From the NCBI GenBank assembly GCA_963711735.1, contig CAVQFA010000003.1, forward strand, positions 18,971 through 82,970: a DNA stretch of 64,000 bases. Direction: 5' to 3'. The position numbers and the translations under genes are program-made. The notes below the pieces were generated by a model. That model did not search any database. It saw only the letters and a list, made by a program, of their open reading frames with translations, and had not been told where the DNA came from. Positions 56,984-64,000 of the stretch are shown in pieces (position 1 is the stretch's first letter; each line of letters begins with the position of its first letter). Origin of the DNA: Candidatus Gottesmanbacteria bacterium (GTDB lineage: Bacteria; Patescibacteriota; Microgenomatia; UBA10105; UBA927).

Positions 56984-58001
56984 TGTGCGCCTCCTTAGGG
57001 AGCTTCCCAAAATAACTTGAAGATTTATCTTGGGTTACGACCCCTTGTGCTGTATCTTTCTCTGAAGATTTTTTAAATGTATTCTGAGATACGGCTCTGA
57101 TAAAGAAATCCTCTAGAGTCGGTTTGGCTATGGCAATTTCACTGTAATCGACTCCTTTTTGAGCCAGACCGGACAATAGATTTGACACGTGCGATTCTTT
57201 CAACTCAATGATGACGAATCGGTTATCTGTGGTTATCGGATATTTGTGCTCTTTGCAGTACGCAAGCGTTCGTTTTTGACCGTCGCGCATATAGAGGGTC
57301 ACGCGGGTCGTATCTATAGTCCGTGCGAGCTCCTCAGGCGTGCCCTCACGGACAATCCGCCCGGAGTTTATAAATATGACACGGTCAGCAAGCTCTTCTA
57401 TCTCTGCCATGTTGTGAGAAGTTATGAGGATCGACGTTTTATACTTTTTTTGCTCGGTTTTGAGGTATGACCGGACAATACGTGCACTGTCAGGATCAAG
57501 CGAGCTCGTCGGTTCATCGAGAACGACAAGTTCCGGATAGTTTATGAAGGCTTTGGCAAGATTGAGTCTCGCCATATTGCCGGATGATAAATCGCCGCAG
57601 TACGTTTTTGCTTGCTGGCTCATATGGAACGCATCCGTCAGCTTTTTTATCCGGGATTTTGCATGAGGTACGCCGTAAATTTTGGCAAATACCATGAGAT
57701 GTTCGGCAACGGTGAGCCTCCATGGTGCTCTCGTGTAAGCGGAGGAAAAGTTCATGCGCTCAAGGATTTCGGACCGGTGCGCGTTAAACGGCAATCCGAA
57801 AACCGTAATTGACCCTGCAGTGGGCTCAAGAATCCCTAGAATCATGGAGATCGTGGTCGTTTTCCCTGCTCCGTTGGGTCCGAGGAGTCCGACAATCTCT
57901 CCCTTCCCGACGGAGAAAGAAATGTTGTCCACGGCTGCCTTCCGGTTCTTTTTCCCAAGAAACCGTTTTGTGAGATTGGAAATTTTCAAAACTGTATCCA
58001 T
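56973..58001 (-). CDS. ABC transporter ATP-binding protein
   Basis: GPNGAGKTT, LSSG, LDEPT, SH. Confidence 0.95.
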   Translation of the reverse strand: MDTVLKISNLTKRFLGKKNRKAAVDNISFSVGKGEIVGLLGPNGAGKTTTISMILGILEPTAGSITVFGLPFNAHRSEILERMNFSSAYTRAPWRLTVAEHLMVFAKIYGVPHAKSRIKKLTDAFHMSQQAKTYCGDLSSGNMARLNLAKAFINYPELVVLDEPTSSLDPDSARIVRSYLKTEQKKYKTSILITSHNMAEIEELADRVIFINSGRIVREGTPEELARTIDTTRVTLYMRDGQKRTLAYCKEHKYPITTDNRFVIIELKESHVSNLLSGLAQKGVDYSEIAIAKPTLEDFFIRAVSQNTFKKSSEKDTAQGVVTQDKSSSYFGKLPKEAHNEE

Positions 58002-58118
58002 ACATTTATAACCACCTGCCTGTAATAAGTTAACATAACTATACGTTATACGGGTGGCATATAAGATGGATTATATATCAAATTGTCGCGTTGGCACGAG
58101 AAATGATATAATAAGCGC

Positions 58119-58319
58119 ATGCTACCAGAAAACGACGAAACGCAAGAGTTTGCCGATGCTAAACGATTAATTAATGCAGGTGTTAATAACGACGATGAGG
58201 AAACGGTTGTTGCCGGAACACAAAGATTAGTCAGACTGGCAAAAAAAACAAAGTTAGACATAACAAATCCTGTAGTAGCCCAAATTTCTGGTCTTGATAA
58301 GCTTAAACCCGGAAAATAG
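58119..58319 (+). CDS. small hypothetical protein
   Basis: 66 aa; TATAAT 6 nt before ATG. Confidence 0.5.
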   Translation: MLPENDETQEFADAKRLINAGVNNDDEETVVAGTQRLVRLAKKTKLDITNPVVAQISGLDKLKPGK

Positions 58320-58347
58320 ATATTCAAACCTGCCTCAATAAATTACC

Positions 58348-59079
58348 ATGCCTCGATTCGAATTTGAAAACCGAACATCTATCAATCCTATCGAAATATA
58401 CAGTTTAGGCGGAAGTACATTTTTCCCGGAGAGAGTTAAAGGTTTGAATGATCAATTTTTCGTACCTTTGTATTTTTTCGTACAAGAACGTTTAAACGAT
58501 GACGAGGTTATTGTAGCATTCATAGGCGGAGGTAAATACGCCAGAGACCGCCAGAACGCTGTAAAAAGGATTTCGGCCATTCTTAAGGCAAACATATCTG
58601 AGAGATCCATCGACAAGTATGGTATTCGTGTAACACGGTCTAATGCGTGGTATATCCTGGATCTATTCCGCGATTTAAATATCCCGGCAGTAAAGTATAG
58701 AGGGCAAAATATTCAACCGGGTAAATTATATCTCGGTGCTGGCGATATACCGGGTCATACCACAGACTATCGTACTATAGATACAGCATCAAAACTTGGG
58801 GTATCGTATGTTATTAATATAAGCAATACTCCCGGATTATATCCATTTAATTCTGACGGATCATTCGATAGAAAACGGATTATCCAGGAAATGTCATTCG
58901 ACGATCTTATTCCGCATCTAAAAGATCACACACCCGGACTCAACCAACCGATTGATAAACCCGCTGCGATTCTTGCGCGTAATAATGGGATTACCTATAT
59001 CACATTAGGTTCGGATATTGATAACCTGCGTACCTTCATACGTGGAGAGGAATTCGTAGGCACAATCATCCGCCCATAA
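58348..59079 (+). CDS. divergent UMP kinase-like paralog
   Basis: SLGGS, IGGGKYAR, DKYGIRVTRSNA, PGHTTD, PID, FVGTII. Confidence 0.8.
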   Translation: MPRFEFENRTSINPIEIYSLGGSTFFPERVKGLNDQFFVPLYFFVQERLNDDEVIVAFIGGGKYARDRQNAVKRISAILKANISERSIDKYGIRVTRSNAWYILDLFRDLNIPAVKYRGQNIQPGKLYLGAGDIPGHTTDYRTIDTASKLGVSYVINISNTPGLYPFNSDGSFDRKRIIQEMSFDDLIPHLKDHTPGLNQPIDKPAAILARNNGITYITLGSDIDNLRTFIRGEEFVGTIIRP

Positions 59080-59089
59080 ATATATAGAA

Positions 59090-60277
59090 CTACTTCCCGG
59101 CGGCTTTTTGCGTATCCTCTATAAACCGTACAATTTCTATCTTAAATCTTTTCGTGCTGAATTTTTCCGCCTGTTTAATTGAGTTTTTTCTCATTTCTGA
59201 AATCCACGCGGCACTTCCCTTCTCAATTTTCCGAAGAGCAATTTTCAGATATTCCGCTTCAGGTTTCTCAAAAAGAATTCCGGTTTTTTCCGGAATAACT
59301 GTTTCCTTCACTCCTCCCTGCGCAAGGGCAATAACCGGCGTGCCGTGCGCCATCGCCTCAACAGGAACCATACCGAAATCCTCATCCAATGCTGAAAATA
59401 TAAGTGCCTTGGCTCCGGTATACAGTTTACCTAGCTCGTTGTCCGAAACGCTTCCGCAAAATTCTATAGTCGGACCGGCAATCGATCGCAGATATTCTTC
59501 TTCTTTTCCGACTCCGACAATTTTGAGTGGTAATGTAAGTTCATTGCATGCCTGAATCGCTAAATCTACCCGCTTCGCCCACGCCAACCTCCCGACAGAC
59601 AGGTAATAGTTTTTATTTTTTATTCGTAAATCGTCCATCGTCAATCGTAAATCGTGAGTTTCAATTGGAGGATATATTACGGTACTTGTACGTCTATAAA
59701 ACTTAACAACCCTCCGTGCTGTCTCTTTGGAATTGGCGATGAAGAAATCTACTGCCTGTGCTGTTTTAAAGTCGTATTGCCGCAGGAAAAAGTTGACGAT
59801 GGATGCATAGAACCGGACGAGTGCGTATTTCTGCAGATCGCTTCCCGTTGCATATCCATACAAGTTCCTTGGCGGATGGTGAATGTAACAAATATGGAGC
59901 GGTACTTTATTTTTTGATGATTGGGAAATGCGAGTGGCAGGACCCAAATCCTTATGGTTCTGCAATGCTACTCCCCTGCACATAAACCATCCGCTTGAGG
60001 AAAGCACTATATCGTAACCGGAAAGATCGAAGCTTGACCATATTCTGGGAGCGAGAAACCTAAGTGGTGAAATAAATTTTTTAACAATCCAATTTCCCTG
60101 TACCCAGCTCGTCCGTATATCCCAATTTCTGAAACGATCAGCATGTTTCCCAAGCGCCTTCCAATCGACGAATGATGTATAAAGCGGTGCTTCGGGATAC
60201 AGTTCATGAAACACCTCCACGACCCTTTCCGCACCCCCGTACTCTCGTAAATAATCGTGTACCAAAGCAATCTTCAT
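59090..60277 (-). CDS. glycosyltransferase family 4
   Basis: HDYLREYGGAERV, VGRL, EDFGMVPVEAM. Confidence 0.93.
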   Translation of the reverse strand: MKIALVHDYLREYGGAERVVEVFHELYPEAPLYTSFVDWKALGKHADRFRNWDIRTSWVQGNWIVKKFISPLRFLAPRIWSSFDLSGYDIVLSSSGWFMCRGVALQNHKDLGPATRISQSSKNKVPLHICYIHHPPRNLYGYATGSDLQKYALVRFYASIVNFFLRQYDFKTAQAVDFFIANSKETARRVVKFYRRTSTVIYPPIETHDLRLTMDDLRIKNKNYYLSVGRLAWAKRVDLAIQACNELTLPLKIVGVGKEEEYLRSIAGPTIEFCGSVSDNELGKLYTGAKALIFSALDEDFGMVPVEAMAHGTPVIALAQGGVKETVIPEKTGILFEKPEAEYLKIALRKIEKGSAAWISEMRKNSIKQAEKFSTKRFKIEIVRFIEDTQKAAGK

Positions 60278-60588
60278 ATACTTTCTATTTTATCTTTGTT
60301 ATCCGGAGGAAAAATATCCTGAATTTCCCCCCATTGGGGACGCCCTTCACCAATCATATCAAGTCCTTCATCTATAGCTTTCATTCCCCAGCGCCGGACC
60401 TGTTCCCTCACGTAAGACTCATTGAAATGCAGTCTTTCCATAAGTCCGTCCGGTGGAGTTTTGTTATTTGCTTTATAGAATCCTAAAGTATTTTTGTCTA
60501 CGACGATTACAAAAACTGTTTGTGCTACTTCATCCGGATTAAACACATCATAATCATTTGGTCCGTATTCTCCTAATGGCTCTTTCAT
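60274..60588 (-). CDS. hypothetical protein
   Basis: 104-aa ORF whose stop overlaps the GT4 start. Confidence 0.55.
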   Translation of the reverse strand: MKEPLGEYGPNDYDVFNPDEVAQTVFVIVVDKNTLGFYKANNKTPPDGLMERLHFNESYVREQVRRWGMKAIDEGLDMIGEGRPQWGEIQDIFPPDNKDKIESI

Positions 60589-60649
60589 ATATGTTCAATA
60601 CGGCAGGTCATAATGCATATCTCATTACCGTTTGGTAAAAAAACAAACG

Positions 60650-61617
60650 TCAAAACAGACTTTCCTGCTTCCCTCGCTGATTGTCATCTTTCGTTTTCTT
60701 TTTATCCTTCTTTTCAACTTTTCCCTCTCCCGTCAGTCTTTTCAGTAACGTTTTAAATCCGATCGTTTCAAAAAACCTCCGGGCATCGGGTGTATCAAAG
60801 GTTTGGAATGGTTCCAGTTGAATATCTATCGGCACATCGGTTCTGATTGTCGCAAGGTCATGCGAGAGAATGGCGCTTTCCTTACCGGCGCGCAGCTTCT
60901 CAATCAGAGACTCCGATGCTTCTATCTTTTTCCCGTTTTCCAGCCTCCGGTACAGTTCCCGTACGTCATCTGTCTGCTCAATGAGTGACACTGCCGTTTT
61001 CGGTCCGACGCCCTCCACCCCCGGATAATTATCCGAGCTGTCCCCTGCGAGCGCCTTGAAATCGGGTATCTGTTTTGGTGTGACACCCATCCGAACTTTT
61101 ACCTCTTTCTCACCGTAAAGCATTGCTTCCGATAATCCTTTTGTAGGCATGTACACGAACACTTTATCATCTTTCACCAGCTGTAAAATGTCCCTGTCCC
61201 CGGTTACAACTATTGCCTGATCAATCTTTTCACTCGCAACCGACAACTTATAACCTCAACTTTTCGGCACAAGGTTCCGATCACATCGTCAGCTTCATAC
61301 CCGTCCATTTCAAAAATGGGAATCCCGAATGCGCGGAGCATTTCGTGAACTTTTTCTATCTGCGGTACGAGGGTATCGTCCATTTTCGGACGTGTTGCCT
61401 GATATTCCGCAAACATCTCCTTGCGGAATGTGGGTTTCGGCCGGTCAAAGGCAACGGCAATATGCGACGGTTTGAGGTCGTTTCCGATCCGGAAAAGCAT
61501 TGTCGCAAATCCGTATACGGCATTGACGATATTACCTTCAGTATCGGTAAGAGGTGGAAGCGCGTGGAACGCCCGGTGGAGTATTGCGTTACCGTCTATG
61601 ATAACGAGGCGGTTCAT
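60650..61617 (-). CDS. stand-alone 5'-3' exonuclease (PolA N-terminal domain), apparent frameshift ~61255
   Basis: IDGNAILHRAFHA, YEADDVIGT, TGDRD, GDSSDNYPGVEGVGPKTA; no polymerase domain follows. Confidence 0.9.
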
Positions 61618-61622
61618 GGAGT

Positions 61623-63554
61623 TTATGATTTCGTATTTTCCTTACTTTTTACTCCCTGTTTTGCCGTATGATGGGTTTGCTCTGTTCCTGCTTTCATCAG
61701 TTGTTCAAATTCCTCGTTTTCGATTGTTTCTTTCCGGACTAGCTCAGCGGCAATTGAGTCCAGCTTATTTTTATGTTTTTTCAGTATTTCCTGTGCTTTC
61801 TTATATCCCGTATCCAGAAATTTCTTTACCTCTCTGTCTATTGCTCCCATCATCTCCGGAGATATCTGGTTTTGCTCAAAGTAGGACTTGCCCCATTCCG
61901 TCATATCCATCTGCGGACCGAAGTTGATGGGCCCGAGATCGCTCATTCCGAACTCCATCACCATGTAGCGGGCAATCCGCGTGGCCTGATCAATGTCGCT
62001 TGATGCTCCTGATGTCATTTCATTAAATATAAGCTCCTCTGCAGCCCGTCCTCCCATCATGGTAGCAATCTGCTCAACGAGATGGGATTTCGTTTCGTGA
62101 AGCCTGTCTTTCTCAGGAGGAGTGAGGGTATAACCAAGGGCCATACCGCGCGATACGATAGATATTCTGTGTACCGTATCCATGTTGGGACAGTAATAGG
62201 TAACGACGGCGTGTCCTGCTTCGTGGTATGCGGTCATTTTCCGGTCCATATCCGTTTGGAGTCTCTTTTTCTCCGGTCCGAGTTTCACTTTCGTTGCCGC
62301 TTCCTCTATGTCTTTCATCTCTATTTCTTTATGTGCTTCGCGTGCGGCGAGGATTGCTGCTTCGTTGAGCATATTTTCAAGGTCTGCGCCGGAAAACCCG
62401 ACTGTCCGCTTGGAAGCTTTGTCCCAATCCATATTGGATGCAAAAGGCTTCCCTTTGGCATGAATGGCAAGAATTGCTTTCCGTCCTTCCATATCAGGAA
62501 GATCGAGAACCACTCGGCGGTCAAACCGTCCGGGCCGCAAAAGTGCGCTGTCCAGTAAATCCCCGCGGTTTGTCGCAGCTATTACCATCACGGCAGTATT
62601 GGGTTCAAATCCGTCCATCTCAACAAGAATCTGGTTAAGTGTCTGTTCCCTCTCGTCATGTCCGCCCATAATCCCGACTGAACGCATCCTTCCGATTGCG
62701 TCAATTTCATCGATGAATATGATGGAGGGGGCGCTTTTTTTCGCCTGGGCAAATAGATCACGAACGCGGGCAGCACCTACTCCTACGAGCATTTCCATAA
62801 ACTCCGATCCGGCAATCGAGAAAAACGGTACCTTTGCCTCGCCGGCAACTGCTTTAGCCAGAAGTGTTTTTCCTGTTCCGGACGGACCCACAAGGATGAC
62901 TCCTTTTGGGGTACGTGCACCGAGTGCTTTATATTTTGTGGGATTTTTCAGGAAATCAACGACCTCTTCCAGCTCTTTTTTAGCCTCATCGACTCCTGCC
63001 ACATCGGCAAATGTCGACTTCGGAAGATCTTTGTTCCAGATGCGTGCACCGGACTTACCGAACGAAAATATATTATCCTGCGCTCCCCGCGCCTGCCGGA
63101 AAATAAAAAGGAAGAATGCAACGGTCAGGACTAGTGGTAAAACGTTGGAGAGAAGGTTGAGCCATACCTGTCCCATACTTGTATCTTTGACCTGTATTTC
63201 CACGCCTTTCGTGGTTACACCTTCAGATTCCAGTGTCTTGATCAGGGATTCCTGCGGTTCTTTACGTGCCGTATACTTTCCGCCGGTTTTTGTTGTAATA
63301 GTAAGCTTGTTCTCTTCTACCTCTACTTTCTGCACTTTTCCGGCTTTCATATCGGAAATGACGCTTGAAAGCGGTTGTTCAGTGAGGGATGTATTCTGGC
63401 TTCCGATGCTTCCGATGAGGGAGAAAACAAAAAAGAGGATAAAAAGTCCGATGACGATGTTTTTGAGGTTAAACTCGAAGCGCATCTCAAACATCTTCCC
63501 GCCCTTTTTCCCGTGTCCGTTTTTCCTGGATTTCAGTAAGGATTTATCTGCCAT
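61623..63554 (-). CDS. ftsH: ATP-dependent zinc metalloprotease FtsH
   Basis: Two TM helices, [26 protein letters not shown]. Confidence 0.97.
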   Translation of the reverse strand: MADKSLLKSRKNGHGKKGGKMFEMRFEFNLKNIVIGLFILFFVFSLIGSIGSQNTSLTEQPLSSVISDMKAGKVQKVEVEENKLTITTKTGGKYTARKEPQESLIKTLESEGVTTKGVEIQVKDTSMGQVWLNLLSNVLPLVLTVAFFLFIFRQARGAQDNIFSFGKSGARIWNKDLPKSTFADVAGVDEAKKELEEVVDFLKNPTKYKALGARTPKGVILVGPSGTGKTLLAKAVAGEAKVPFFSIAGSEFMEMLVGVGAARVRDLFAQAKKSAPSIIFIDEIDAIGRMRSVGIMGGHDEREQTLNQILVEMDGFEPNTAVMVIAATNRGDLLDSALLRPGRFDRRVVLDLPDMEGRKAILAIHAKGKPFASNMDWDKASKRTVGFSGADLENMLNEAAILAAREAHKEIEMKDIEEAATKVKLGPEKKRLQTDMDRKMTAYHEAGHAVVTYYCPNMDTVHRISIVSRGMALGYTLTPPEKDRLHETKSHLVEQIATMMGGRAAEELIFNEMTSGASSDIDQATRIARYMVMEFGMSDLGPINFGPQMDMTEWGKSYFEQNQISPEMMGAIDREVKKFLDTGYKKAQEILKKHKNKLDSIAAELVRKETIENEEFEQLMKAGTEQTHHTAKQGVKSKENTKS

Positions 63555-63824
63555 AGATCGAATACTGAGTATACCACGAAAAGGATCGTTTTTATAGCTA
63601 ATCATCTAAAATCGATAGATGATAGACAGAATGTGACAGTAAAGGTATAAAAAGGTGAGAAAAATCATTTTTGAAGACAACTTGCGCGTTTGTCATATAT
63701 TTTAAGAGCTAGCCTGGAATATACAAACGCGCATTTAGTGAAGAATGGGCATTATCTTCACAATCGAAAAAACATGGCTGAACGGGTCTGAAAAAATAAT
63801 TTTCTCACTTTTGTTAAAATATAT

Positions 63825-64000
63825 CTATCTCACCTTCGCTCCAACAGGCATTCCTTCTGCAGGAACGAAAAGTGGTTTGTCGTCCGGACCATCTACAGCC
63901 AATATCATCCCCTGCGACTCTCCCCCCGGCATTTTGCGGTATGCGAGGTTCGTGATAAACAGAAATTGCTTCTCCCGGAAATCTTCCGGTGTATACCCAT
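63825..64000 (-). CDS. tRNA-binding (CsaA/MetRS C-terminal) domain protein, partial
   Basis: ...YTPEDFREKQFLFITNLAYRKMPGGESQGMILAV...GAKVR*. Confidence 0.8.
   Translation of the reverse strand, partial: GYTPEDFREKQFLFITNLAYRKMPGGESQGMILAVDGPDDKPLFVPAEGMPVGAKVR

Noticed and set aside
62464-63597. 377-aa plus-strand ORF
   Set aside because: Antisense shadow of ftsH; similar shadows overlap rho, rpsA and gdh.

Overview
Chromosomal segment of a Candidate Phyla Radiation bacterium. Gene content and style (archaeal-type UMP kinase, ATP-dependent DNA ligase, stand-alone PolA 5'-3' exonuclease, unlinked rRNA genes, a group I intron in the 23S, tRNAs without encoded CCA) suggest Microgenomates; this is an inference. 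Most genes lie on the minus strand. Contents: three tRNA-Ala isoacceptors; LysM/M23 peptidase; rho; a ~13 kb membrane glycosylation cluster (DUF2298, several GT-C-like proteins, GT4, HAD, UbiA, FAD oxidoreductase); a 1.3 kb structured intergenic region; PIN/TRAM-radA-rpsA; a tRNA-Ala-23S-5S unit with no 16S; gdh, FNR-like reductase, trxAB; a CsoR copper regulon next to VKOR/DsbA; an orphan RnlA-like HEPN gene; pth, EndoQ-like, ligase, fic, murE, murD, nnrD, recF, two pyrH-like genes, prs, ABC exporter, ftsH. About twelve conserved genes are broken by frameshifts, most likely read or assembly errors. Most notable: (1) degenerate 7-nt tandem arrays and short palindromes scattered through the window, often in frame inside housekeeping genes; (2) at 17.9-19.1 kb, a promoter- and terminator-bounded sRNA whose loop is complementary to the mRNA of an unannotated 58-aa ORF; (3) an unexplained multibranch RNA-like element at 42.5 kb; (4) a possible polyprenyl-phospho-pentose glycosylation pathway. 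All calls are from reading the sequence by eye; no searches were run.
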